A stretch of DNA of 57,417 bases. Source: Coleofasciculus sp. B1-GNL1-01. Its GTDB lineage: Bacteria; Cyanobacteriota; Cyanobacteriia; Cyanobacteriales; Coleofasciculaceae. Shown here one piece after another: positions 1-9,137 of this stretch. Where the stretch lies: NCBI GenBank assembly GCA_040220235.1, contig JAVJTO010000046.1. One strand, written 5' to 3'. The position numbers were made by a program, and so were the translations under genes. The notes under the pieces were generated by a model. It was given only the letters and a program-made list of their open reading frames with translations, was not told the DNA's origin and did not search any database. Every line of letters starts with the position of its first letter. Positions within the stretch are counted from its first letter, which is position 1.

Positions 1-32
1 GTGGGGAGATTCAGGGGAAGGCGGAGACTGGG

Positions 33-2390
33 TTGAGTCAATCCCAGGGGTATGGGGTTCCCAGTCGGGAAGTACGGAATAAGATTCGGCGGAGTCTGTT
101 TGGCAATTTGGAACAGACGCCTGTGCAGATGCAAGAGGAGGAGGTGAGACTCAAGTCAGATGCGGGCGAAGGGGTGATACAGGAAGGGAATTCTCCACAA
201 GAACAGGAAGCTGAGTCGCAACAGGAAACTTCTCATAAGAAAAATGTGAGGCTAACAGATATCAGCACCAAGTTTTTAATGGATGTGGATGGGGATGGAG
301 AAATGGAGCAGAAACGCCTATTCTTTACAGGAGAAGGAGAGCAAGCGCATCTCATGCTCAATCCTGAGCCAATTCCATTTTTAGACTTCCTGAACACCCA
401 ACAAAGTATTAGCAGTGACCAAACAGTAAAAAAAATCGTTAATCACATAAGACAAGAAATAAAAAAGAATATAAGCCAGGAAAGGGGAAAAGAAATAGCC
501 AGCAAACTGCAAGAACTAGCCAATTATTTATCCAAAAATTATAATGTTAGAAGACCTCCATCTTTAGTATCGTTCGAGACAATAAAAATCAGTTATAACA
601 ACAAGATCAGCGAATACGTAACCAAATCACTGAAAGCTCAACCATTAAGTTCTAATCCCGGGAAAACGGTTGGTTCAGGTGTGCAGCAGCCGAAGACCGA
701 ATTGATGACCGAACTGCGGAAATGGGCGCCCTATGTGCGTGGTCATATGCTAAATGCGAAACTTCATGGACCAGGAGAGGATAAAAATTTAGTTCCAATA
801 TCGGTGCCATTTAACAAAAAAATGGAGACCGAAATAGAACACAAACTAAAGCAAGAAGTCCTCGGAAATAACAAGGTCGTTTCTTACACGATAGAACCCC
901 AAAATTGGGGGAAATATCCCGGGGCAAAAAATGCCAAGGCAAATAATGTCCAGAATATATTACCAGCAGAGTTTAAGGTAGAAATATATACAATGCGTCT
1001 AAAGAAACTAGGCGCGGATGGAAGCAAAGAAGAAAACTGGAAAAAAGATAAACAGCCAATACTTGATAAAGAATTCACACACGATCAACCAACACAAACC
1101 AACTTCAACTACGAAGAAGACCCAAAAAAAATATTACCGGGATATGGAGAAATGAAGAGTGGAGTCTTATATGAAAATCCCGTTCACCAGGGAAGATGGG
1201 TGGTGCAAGGAGAAATGCGTTGGCGTAGTTATAGGGGGACGGAACAAATAATATCCTACCCCGACCCCGTCATACTTACCGCCTCCCAGCAAAAGGGAAC
1301 GGCGACAATGGAACAAAATGGGAACGACCTAATAGTAAAATGCGATGACGCAGCCAAAAAGACAGTAAAAAACCATAAAAAAGAACGGATAAGTAATATA
1401 AATAATCTGAAGAAACGAACACAAGAAATAAGTGATTCCCTCAAAGATCAAGAAAACAAAACGGAGGTGATAAAAAAACGATTAGATAAAACTAAGACAA
1501 GCGTAAAGGAAATAAACGATATAGCAACCGGGAATGAAAAAGCGGACGAAGAGGATAAACTATATCAACTCCGACAACAAAATGAAACGATGCGAAACAA
1601 AGTGCAAGGACTCACGACTTCAATATCAAACCTCGAAAGCGAGATCAAGCAGTTTTGGGAGGAAATGGAAAGTTTGGTCAAAAAAAATATAAGCCAATTC
1701 TGGAATGAACAACAAAACCGGGAGGAACAGAACGAAAAAGAGTTGACCAAGAAGGATGAGCTGACTAATGAGATACAGGCAATTTTTTTCCAACTCCAAT
1801 CAGTCCAAACACAACTAAACCAACTAGAAAGACAAATAAAAGCAATGCCAAGGCAAATCCAGCAACCAAAGAGTAAAGCCAACGGACTAATAGGCATGGA
1901 CGATAACTATGGAAAAGAGGAACAAAAAGACCCAATGGAAATAGATGAAACAGACAACCAGCTAATAAAAATAGATATAGACGAAGAAAAATTTAGAAAC
2001 CTGCCAGAAATCGAATTCACTTACCACCAACAAAAAGCAGTTGGAGTTGGAAGTCGAACGGGAGACAGTAGCGGTGGAAAAATGAAACCGAGCAAAAGCA
2101 AAAGAAGATCGAAACCATATGAGCGAAACAGTACAATTTCTCATAAGGTGCGAAGCGCAGTAATTAACTATGTAACCCAAAAGGGAAACCAAGTTATATT
2201 AGAAAAAATCAATAAATCAAACAACGCTAATAAAATACAAGAATACAAAAACTATGTAGAATATCTAAAAAATGAAATTTCTAATGAAGGAGCTATAGAA
2301 CAATATAGCAAACAAGAACAAACAGAACTAACAAACGACCTCAAGACAAGGTTGGAAGATAAGGCAGAGGAGCTAAGCGGCAATAAATAA
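33..2390 (+). CDS. Large toxin-like protein with a DNA/RNA non-specific endonuclease (His-Me finger) domain and a long coiled coil; probably 5'-truncated by the window edge
   Basis: YVRGHMLNAKLHGPGEDKNLVPISVPFNKKME matches the RGH..(G)GP...NL.P....N endonuclease motif. The frame has no stop from base 3, so the gene may start upstream. Heptad-rich region at about aa 440-610. Confidence 0.65.
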   Translation: MSQSQGYGVPSREVRNKIRRSLFGNLEQTPVQMQEEEVRLKSDAGEGVIQEGNSPQEQEAESQQETSHKKNVRLTDISTKFLMDVDGDGEMEQKRLFFTGEGEQAHLMLNPEPIPFLDFLNTQQSISSDQTVKKIVNHIRQEIKKNISQERGKEIASKLQELANYLSKNYNVRRPPSLVSFETIKISYNNKISEYVTKSLKAQPLSSNPGKTVGSGVQQPKTELMTELRKWAPYVRGHMLNAKLHGPGEDKNLVPISVPFNKKMETEIEHKLKQEVLGNNKVVSYTIEPQNWGKYPGAKNAKANNVQNILPAEFKVEIYTMRLKKLGADGSKEENWKKDKQPILDKEFTHDQPTQTNFNYEEDPKKILPGYGEMKSGVLYENPVHQGRWVVQGEMRWRSYRGTEQIISYPDPVILTASQQKGTATMEQNGNDLIVKCDDAAKKTVKNHKKERISNINNLKKRTQEISDSLKDQENKTEVIKKRLDKTKTSVKEINDIATGNEKADEEDKLYQLRQQNETMRNKVQGLTTSISNLESEIKQFWEEMESLVKKNISQFWNEQQNREEQNEKELTKKDELTNEIQAIFFQLQSVQTQLNQLERQIKAMPRQIQQPKSKANGLIGMDDNYGKEEQKDPMEIDETDNQLIKIDIDEEKFRNLPEIEFTYHQQKAVGVGSRTGDSSGGKMKPSKSKRRSKPYERNSTISHKVRSAVINYVTQKGNQVILEKINKSNNANKIQEYKNYVEYLKNEISNEGAIEQYSKQEQTELTNDLKTRLEDKAEELSGNK

Positions 2391-2741
2391 TCACAAAGCA
2401 AAGTGAAATAGAAAAAAAGCAAAAGATCAACAAGGAAGGAATAGAAAGAGAATGAGCGAACCAATTTTAAAGTAATGAGAGCTTCAGCCAGTAGAGAATT
2501 GGCGTGGTCAACCAAAAATGTGAACATAGGCGGTAATCCCCCACACCTTGTCGCTTTGCTCCAATTCAAAATTCACGCATTCAAAGTTCAAAAGCTATTT
2601 TTGGTAGTTCTGCTTTCAAATCCGTCACAATGGCAAGATGACCCCGAATTTTCCCAATATGCTTTAATTAATGACTATGATTTGCCGTTCTAATTGAGGC
2701 GGGAAGAGGGGAACGGGAGATGGAGAGGAGGGATGCGATTT

Positions 2742-2870
2742 GCGATCGTCTCTTGAGTCAATTGTATCAATAATTGAGCGTACTTTTGTAAGAGGGCGCA
2801 CGTCGGTGCGCCCCTACAGGTGGACATATTTTTCCATGATGAAAGTATACCAGAAAAAAGGCGCGATCCC
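2742..2870. repeat. HIP1-bounded REP-containing dispersed repeat, copy 1
   Basis: AGGGCGCACGTCGGTGCGCCCCTACAGG hairpin followed by GGACATATTTTTCC...GTATACCAGAAAAAAGGCGCGATC; aligns with 3179-3355 and 3983-4130. Confidence 0.8.
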
Positions 2871-3180
2871 TCTTTAATGTTGAAGGGAGAAAGTGCGATC
2901 GCGTTTGGGTTGGGTTGAGGGGAGGAAGTGCGATCGCCTTTGGGTTAGGTTGAAGGGAAAAGTGTGATCGCGTGGTGGTAAGATTTGGGTGTGATGTGCG
3001 ATCGCGTGGTGATTCGGTTGAGCAGATGGGATGCGATCACGTAGTCTTTGGATTGGGGTTAGATGTGCGATCGCGTGTGAATTAGGTTGAAGAGAAGGGA
3101 TGCGATTCGCGGGGTGATAAGATTTTGGAATAGGGTGCGATCGCGTGATGATTGGGTTGAGCAGATGGGATGCGATTCGC
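2863..3180. repeat. HIP1-anchored degenerate tandem array, 10 units, 34-35 bp period
   Basis: GCGATCGC or a one-off variant at 2863, 2895, 2930, 2964, 2998, 3033, 3067, 3102, 3137 and 3172, separated by related G/T-rich spacers. Confidence 0.85.
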
Positions 3181-3355
3181 GATCATATATTGAGTTTAAT
3201 ATAACAATAATTGGGCGATACGTTTGACAAAGGGCGCAACTTGGAAATAGGGCGCACGTCATGTTGGTAAAGGGCGCACGTCATGTTGGTAAAGGGCGCA
3301 CGTCGGTGCGCCCCTACGGGCGGACACATTTTTCCATATTGAAAGTATACCCCAA
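3179..3355. repeat. HIP1-bounded REP-containing dispersed repeat, copy 2, with internal tandem AGGGCGCACGTCATGTTGGTAA units
   Basis: Direct alignment with copies 1 and 3; the left arm of the hairpin is tandemly reiterated. Confidence 0.8.
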
Positions 3356-3423
3356 AACCTAGGAAAAACCAACCCTTCCAATTCCGGCTAAAATAACCTC
3401 TTCTCAGGAATCGTGCCATCAAC

Positions 3424-3756
3424 TCACTGTTGCAAAATCTCCACTATCCGGGCAATTACTTGATCCATCTTTTCCAACTTGAGTTGACCCGCTTTATAGA
3501 GGATAATTTGTTTATCTGCCGTAAATAAACGATTAGGTCTGACATTACTACTCTGCCTCAGTCCTCCAGAACTAAAATCATCGGACGCAATGACAACAGC
3601 ATATTCATCCGTCACAGCCCGACTGGTAATTTGACACAGAATTAAATCATCCCCTGACAATACAGCAACAACTAAAGCCGGTCGTCTCTTCGCTTGAGTC
3701 AAATCTGAAAAGGGAAAAGGGACAACAACAACATCCCCTTTTACAAATCTTGCCAA
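3424..3756 (-). CDS. mazF: Type II toxin-antitoxin PemK/MazF-family endoribonuclease toxin
   Basis: KGDVVVVPFPFSDLTQAKRRPALVV signature; 110 aa; overlaps the upstream small gene. Confidence 0.9.
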   Translation of the reverse strand: MARFVKGDVVVVPFPFSDLTQAKRRPALVVAVLSGDDLILCQITSRAVTDEYAVVIASDDFSSGGLRQSSNVRPNRLFTADKQIILYKAGQLKLEKMDQVIARIVEILQQ

Positions 3757-3935
3757 GCGTCATCCTCCTCTGGCTTTAACCAGTCTTTTTGTAAAGAAGA
3801 TTCACTAACCTGATAGAGTTCTAATGTTTGGGATTTATCCTTAAGCTTCAGAAACCGGAGGAAATCCAGAACTTCTTGCAAAAGAAACTCTGGAGTTTGC
3901 TCTATTTCATGGATAATCAATTCTTTGATACTCAT
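3741..3935 (-). CDS. Putative cognate antitoxin (DUF2281-like)
   Basis: 64 aa, acidic; LLQEVLDFLRFLK and C-terminal SESSLQKDWLKPEEDDAWQDL are typical of partners of cyanobacterial PemK toxins; 16-nt overlap with the toxin. Confidence 0.8.
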   Translation of the reverse strand: MSIKELIIHEIEQTPEFLLQEVLDFLRFLKLKDKSQTLELYQVSESSLQKDWLKPEEDDAWQDL

Positions 3936-3982
3936 CGGTGGGTAGGGTAAGAGCTTGTCTATAGCGATTTGAGAGTGCGATC

Positions 3983-4130
3983 GTGATCGTCTATGAGGTC
4001 AATTATGTCATTGGGCGCAACGTTTGTGACAGGGCGCACGCCACGTTGGTAAAGGGCGCACCATCCGTGCGCCCCTACAGGCGGACAGATTTTTCCCTTG
4101 TAAATAATACCAGAAAAAAGGCGCGATCGC
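3983..4130. repeat. HIP1-bounded REP-containing dispersed repeat, copy 3
   Basis: AGGGCGCACCATCCGTGCGCCCCTACAGGCGGACAGATTTTTCC...ATACCAGAAAAAAGGCGCGATCGC. Confidence 0.8.
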
Positions 4131-4193
4131 ACGGGTTCATTCTTCCGTTTACTCTCTTCACTTTGGCGAATGTTTGAAGTTACTCCATAGCTA

Positions 4194-4306
4194 TATAGCA
4201 ATCCTATTTAGGTTGTGGCAAAATTCCATACTGAAAAATTTTCGGATTTCCATTTTTCTAATTTATGCTCTATTATATCTGTTGCGACCTATTTAGGGCT
4301 GCTATA
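4194..4306. mobile_element. MITE with TATAGCA...TGCTATA terminal inverted repeats
   Basis: Left end TATAGCAATCCTATTTAGGTTGTGGCA versus reverse complement of right end TATAGCAGCCCTAAATAGGTCGCAACA. Confidence 0.65.
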
Positions 4307-4721
4307 CATTTTTCAGTTTTGGCAAAAAGTAATATTTTCTATTCCCTTTAATTGCGCGATCGCGAAGCGTGTGCGAAGCAAGTATCGCACGCCGCACAAA
4401 AATCTTGTAACCCTTGCTGGGTGCTGATTTTGGCGGAGCATTTAAGGATTAAAAATAACCAACAGACTCTTGGAGCGTCACCCAGGTGATTATCATTCTC
4501 ATTCACTTATTCATTCTCAATAAGCCGGTCAATAAGTGACATTCTTTTTGAGGGGAAGAGGGGGGAAATGCTTTTTCTGCCAAGCTTTTGAGCTGCTTGT
4601 CACCCCTTCAGAGTTGGGTTTCCTTGCGTTTTCCCAACCTACTCGTTACTCGCTATACATCCCCACCCAAAAAGGGAAAATCATCTTAATCTTTCCCCTT
4701 TTTGCGGTACTTTTTCTGGAG

Positions 4722-5870
4722 TTACGGAAGCTGAGAAATTGCTGCCTGTTGATAATAGTGACTCAAAATCTGTTGATAGTTAACACCCTGTTGCGCTAAA
4801 TTATGCGCCCCCCATTGACTTAATCCTAATCCATGACCATAGCCGCGACCACTGACTTGAAAACTCCCCCCCATATTACTCACCGTAAACAGGGTGCTTT
4901 TCAGTCCCAGCGCCTTACGCATATCATTGCCACTGACACGCTTACTACCGCCTGTTCCCTTTACTCTCATGGTGACAACGCGCCCATGGGGAGTTGTCCG
5001 TTCTGGGGTCATAGAGGTGACGCGCCCAACCCCACCAATTCGGCGTCCTAATTCGCTACCGGAAAAGGTTTGAGTCCACTGAAAGACAGGCGATCCCACA
5101 TCATAATCGGGAACTCCTCGCAAATATGCCAGGGGTTTACTCCAAATATCTTCCACATTTTCTGTGTGTCCACCCGACGAGGAATGGAAAACGGATAGAA
5201 TCACATCACCGCCGTAGGTCAAAATCTGTCCGGCTGTGGCGTTGACAGCGGTATGAGTGCTTTCGGCTTCAGTGTCCATTCCCTTGTAAACTTGCCACTT
5301 GACCGTATCACCAACATCGTAGATGCTATTCCCTGATTCAGCTCGTTTATAGAGGGCGTAGGTACGAGCCGCAACCGCTTGGGCTTTGAGGGCTTCTTGG
5401 GGCCAACTCGGACTCATTTCGGAGCCAATCACGCTGTAGAGATATTGCTCGAAGTCAACATGATTAACCGCCGTTAATCGCCCCCCCTTCGCCACTAATC
5501 GAGTCCGCCCTCGATACCAGCGATCGCCTATCCAAACCAAACCATCCTCAGTGGGTTCAATCCACAGTGATCCCGAACTCCAGTTACCTAACTGAACCCC
5601 ACTTCCTCCAGATTGAGCATTAAACCCATTCATTGGCGCCAGTTCTCCCACAGGTTGACCCGCGCTATCGCGAACAATGGCTTTAGTTGAACTTCCCACC
5701 TTAACGCGACTGACGCCCTCTTCAATCGCCACCCGTAATTCGGTTAAAGCTTGGGCGGGACTGACTAAAATAATCCACAATAAAAAAGAGAGCCACCAAT
5801 GACGCCCTCCAGAGCGAATCATTAACTTGAGCATATTTACCACAGTGAAGGGAAAACGTCTAGATGTCAT
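4722..5870 (-). CDS. SpoIID/LytB domain protein (peptidoglycan lytic transglycosylase family)
   Basis: EQYLYSVIGSEM, EALKAQAVAARTYA and GRGYGHGLGLSQWGA motifs; N-terminal signal peptide. True start may be a few codons downstream. Confidence 0.92.
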   Translation of the reverse strand: MTSRRFPFTVVNMLKLMIRSGGRHWWLSFLLWIILVSPAQALTELRVAIEEGVSRVKVGSSTKAIVRDSAGQPVGELAPMNGFNAQSGGSGVQLGNWSSGSLWIEPTEDGLVWIGDRWYRGRTRLVAKGGRLTAVNHVDFEQYLYSVIGSEMSPSWPQEALKAQAVAARTYALYKRAESGNSIYDVGDTVKWQVYKGMDTEAESTHTAVNATAGQILTYGGDVILSVFHSSSGGHTENVEDIWSKPLAYLRGVPDYDVGSPVFQWTQTFSGSELGRRIGGVGRVTSMTPERTTPHGRVVTMRVKGTGGSKRVSGNDMRKALGLKSTLFTVSNMGGSFQVSGRGYGHGLGLSQWGAHNLAQQGVNYQQILSHYYQQAAISQLP

Positions 5871-6192
5871 CTGTAAAACTTCCTCATCCGAAGACTACTC
5901 TCGGTTTCATAATTAACAGAGATGGAAATGCCAATCTTGGTCGTCGCTAGATTATTCCGTTCCCGATACTGGAACCAAGAATCCGCACGCTGATTTTTGC
6001 TCTGGCTAAGATTGCATCCCTTAAAAAGATTGACAGGCATATTTTTAACATGTTTCTTGCTCATCGGCTAGTGCGGGGCGATCCCAGCGGTATAATCTCC
6101 TGTCGGGAAAATCTCTCCCATCCCATTTCCTATTGCCTAGAATCCTAGTCCCTAGTTCCTGTTCCCTAGTTCCTGTTCCCTATTTTCTAATC

Positions 6193-6855
6193 ATGGACAA
6201 ACCAAACGAGTTGATTCAAACTCCCCAGCCCCCTCTGGTTGAACCCAAGATTCTCCAGCAACTCTCGGAAGAAGTGGTGCTTTCACCCTCTTATTTAGTG
6301 TTAATGGGCATGGCGGGCATTTTATCCGCCATTGCCTTGTTGACCAATTCGATTCCAATTCTGATTGGTTCGATGATTATTGCCCCAGCGTTTCTACCGT
6401 TATCATTGGTCGCCTTTGCCCTAGTTGCAGGTCAACCTAGGCTAGCGCTACGGGGTTTCACTGTGGCTGTAATCGGACTATTCGTGGCGACAATTTCAGC
6501 CATGGCGACGGTATGGGTTTTCAACACCAGCGAAATTTTACCCTCTCATGACAATCTTCTGAATAAACCCCTACTAGAAGAACGGGTAGAACCGGGTTGG
6601 TATAGTGTTGTGGTGGCTTTAGCGGCGGGGGTGTCTGGGACAATTGCTTTAGTGAAACAGAAAGTCGATACATTAGTGGGAACGGTTGCAGCTTTGGCAT
6701 TAGTCCCTGCTGCTGCTGCTGCTGCGATCGCGTTTATGTCTCATGATCCACTTCGGGGGGTTGGTGGCTTAGAATTGCTGGCGATTAATGTTGGCTTGAT
6801 TATCTTGGCAGGTATGATTACGGTGCTGATGATCGGATCTGAACCGTCAAGTTAA
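6193..6855 (+). CDS. DUF389-family membrane protein
   Basis: Multi-TM; LIGSMIIAP and VGTVAALALVP motifs. ATG at 6193 preferred because the upstream extension is STRR repeat. Confidence 0.75.
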   Translation: MDKPNELIQTPQPPLVEPKILQQLSEEVVLSPSYLVLMGMAGILSAIALLTNSIPILIGSMIIAPAFLPLSLVAFALVAGQPRLALRGFTVAVIGLFVATISAMATVWVFNTSEILPSHDNLLNKPLLEERVEPGWYSVVVALAAGVSGTIALVKQKVDTLVGTVAALALVPAAAAAAIAFMSHDPLRGVGGLELLAINVGLIILAGMITVLMIGSEPSS

Positions 6856-6872
6856 CGTCAGGGATTAAGATA

Positions 6873-7445
6873 ATGCAGGCAATTGGGGAGATAATTAGCT
6901 GGGCATTGGGACTCGAAGCCTCAACACTCAATGTGTGGCAGATGGGATTACGGGCAGCCATTATCTATGGGGCGGCGCTGATCATGGTGCGGGTGATTGG
7001 CGATCGCCGCTTTATCGGTAAACACGCGGCGATGGATGTGCTGCTGGGTGTGATTCTGGGGTCTACCTTGAGTCGTGCGATTAATGGGGCTGCGCCCTAT
7101 TTTCCTACATTAGGCGCAGCGTTAGTTTTAGTGGGAATGCATGGGCTAGTGTCAGCACTGGCGTTTCATGTTGAGCGTCTTGATGTTTGGGTCAAAGGTA
7201 GACCCCGGACATTAATTCGTGAGGGTCAAGTGAATCGCAAGGCGATGCGAAAAAGTCATATTAGTGACAGAGATTTAGAGTCATCGTTGCGTCTCAAGGG
7301 AAAAATCACCGAACCCACGCAGGTGGAAATGGCTCGTCTAGAAAGCAATGGTGAAATCAGTGTCATGCCCAAACCTAAGCCACCGAGGGTGATCGAGGTG
7401 TCTGTGGAAGCGGGTGTGCAAACGGTGCGAATTGAGGTGGATTGA
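6873..7445 (+). CDS. DUF421 (YetF-like) membrane protein
   Basis: Three TM segments followed by GRPRTLIREG and ARLESNGEISV motifs. Confidence 0.85.
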   Translation: MQAIGEIISWALGLEASTLNVWQMGLRAAIIYGAALIMVRVIGDRRFIGKHAAMDVLLGVILGSTLSRAINGAAPYFPTLGAALVLVGMHGLVSALAFHVERLDVWVKGRPRTLIREGQVNRKAMRKSHISDRDLESSLRLKGKITEPTQVEMARLESNGEISVMPKPKPPRVIEVSVEAGVQTVRIEVD

Positions 7446-7458
7446 GCGCAGGGAAGAT

Positions 7459-7535
7459 GGGGAAGCAGAGGGAGCTGGGGAAGCAGAGGGAGCTGGGGAA
7501 GCAGAGGGAGCTGGGGAAGCAGAGGGAGCTGGGGG
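7459..7535. repeat. 18-bp tandem repeat (GGGGAAGCAGAGGGAGCT) x4
   Basis: Read directly from the sequence. Confidence 0.95.
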
Positions 7536-7547
7536 AGAGAATTTACA

Positions 7548-7610
7548 AATGACGAATGACCAATGACCAATGACCAATGACCAATGACCAATGACCAATG
7601 ACCAATGACA
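7548..7610. repeat. Heptamer STRR (AATGACC) x9, 7 exact
   Basis: Read directly; typical short tandemly repeated repetitive sequence of filamentous cyanobacteria. Confidence 0.95.
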
Positions 7611-7666
7611 AACTGTAACATGAATAGGGGAGTCTGTTTACCGAGAGAGGTTCAAGGATCAAGTTT

Positions 7667-8626
7667 GTGCAAATTACATTTTTAGGAACCAGTTCCGGAG
7701 TACCCACGCGATCGCGCAATGTGTCCAGTGTGACGTTGCGTCTCCCTCAACGGGCAGAGTTTTGGCTGTTTGACTGTGGTGAAGGCACTCAGCATCAGCT
7801 TTTACGCAGTGAACTCAAAACCAGTCAACTTCGCCGCATTTTCATCACCCATTTGCACGGTGACCATATCTTTGGCTTAATGGGACTACTGGCTAGCTGT
7901 GGTTTAGCAGGTAATGTTGATCGGGTTGATATTTATGGTCCTCCTGGTCTTAATGATTACTTAAAAGCGTGCGGCAAATACTCTCATACTCGTTTTTCAT
8001 TCCCCACTCAGGTACACACCGTTAGCCCCGGCATTATTTACGAGGATGAGGAATATACGGTCATCTGTGGAGCGCTTAAGCATCGTGTGACGGCGTTTGG
8101 ATATCGCATCGTTGAAAAAGATCGTCCGGGACGATTTGATGTGGAAAAAGCCAAGGCATTAAAGATTCCACCCGGACCAATTTATGGTCAACTTAAGCGG
8201 GGAGAAGCAGTCACTCTAGCCGATGGACGTAAAATTCAGGGCAAAGACTTGTGTGGAGAACCCGAAATTGGGCGTAAATTTGTTTACTGTACGGATACGG
8301 TTTATTGTGATGGAGCAGTAGACCTTGCTCAGGATGCTGATGTGTTAATTCATGAAGCAACGTTTGCTCATCAGGATTCTCAACTGGCATTTGAACGGTT
8401 ACATTCCACATCAACAATGGCAGCACAAGTGGCGTTAAGTGCTGGCGTTAAGCAGTTAATTATGACCCATTTTAGCCCGCGCTATGCACCCGGAAATAAC
8501 ATTGGGTTAGAGGATTTGCTTAAGGAAGCCCAAGCCATTTTTCCGAAGACCAAGTTGGCGTATGATTTTTTAACTTATGAAATACCCCGACGTCGTGCGC
8601 CGGAGTTGGTGGTAGAGGGGAGATGA
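7667..8626 (+). CDS. rnz: Ribonuclease Z
   Basis: [25 protein letters not shown], exosite GP-rich arm, HEATF, HST and THFSPRY motifs. Confidence 0.97.
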   Translation: MQITFLGTSSGVPTRSRNVSSVTLRLPQRAEFWLFDCGEGTQHQLLRSELKTSQLRRIFITHLHGDHIFGLMGLLASCGLAGNVDRVDIYGPPGLNDYLKACGKYSHTRFSFPTQVHTVSPGIIYEDEEYTVICGALKHRVTAFGYRIVEKDRPGRFDVEKAKALKIPPGPIYGQLKRGEAVTLADGRKIQGKDLCGEPEIGRKFVYCTDTVYCDGAVDLAQDADVLIHEATFAHQDSQLAFERLHSTSTMAAQVALSAGVKQLIMTHFSPRYAPGNNIGLEDLLKEAQAIFPKTKLAYDFLTYEIPRRRAPELVVEGR

Positions 8627-8635
8627 GGGGTGTGT

Positions 8636-8719
8636 GAGATTCTCGAAAGTCTTAATGGTAAGGCGCGGGAGTTGGAAGAGAAGATTGCAGAGAATATGGC
8701 GCAGTTATTGAACTTGTAG
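8636..8719 (+). pseudogene. Possible C-terminal remnant of a type I restriction-modification methyltransferase (HsdM)
   Basis: Translates EILESLNGKARELEEKIAENMAQLLNL*, resembling the HsdM C-terminal helix; recognised from memory only. Confidence 0.45.
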
Positions 8720-8727
8720 GAGGAACC

Positions 8728-8988
8728 ATGAATATTAGTTTAAAACCGGAACATGAAGAATTCATTAAATCTCAAGTGCTGAGTGGGAGATTTGCCAATC
8801 AGGAGCAAGTAATTGATATGGCTTTTCACTTGTTAAAAAAGCTTCAGGGTGAATATGAACAATGGATAGAGGAAACGCGCAATAAGATTGATATAGGGAT
8901 TGCAGAACTTGATCGAGGGGAAGGATTAGATGGGGACGCTGTTGTCGCGGGGATTTTAGAAAGATTTAAACAAGCACGTCAAGTTTAG
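8728..8988 (+). CDS. ParD-like ribbon-helix-helix antitoxin (orphan)
   Basis: MNISLKPEHEEFIKSQVLSGRFANQEQVI...IDIGIAELDRGEG pattern; AGGAGG RBS; no toxin ORF follows. Confidence 0.8.
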   Translation: MNISLKPEHEEFIKSQVLSGRFANQEQVIDMAFHLLKKLQGEYEQWIEETRNKIDIGIAELDRGEGLDGDAVVAGILERFKQARQV

Positions 8989-9137
8989 AATCCTTGTTTT
9001 CTGAGTCGGAGAAGAATGAGGCAAAGGGCAAGCTTTATGAGCTATTAAAACTGATAGTTTAGCAGAGTAAGTACGGAATATTCTATTCTTTAGCTATATG
9101 TATGTCCCAGTTTGAAGTGTCTTACTCAACTCATGGG

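Noticed and set aside
2863..3180. CRISPR array
   Set aside because: The constant part is only the HIP1 octamer plus 1-3 bases, spacers resemble each other, and there is no leader or cas gene.
3059..3422. ORFs 3059-3262, 3183-3422 and similar ones at 3959-4201 and 28389-28681
   Set aside because: They read through REP/HIP1 repeats and have no protein-family features.
5867..6064. 65-aa ORF upstream of the SpoIID gene
   Set aside because: No family features; probably promoter or leader DNA.
7256..7621. ORFs 7256-7621 and 7338-7598 with repetitive peptides
   Set aside because: They are translations of the 18-bp and heptamer repeats and overlap DUF421 on the opposite strand.
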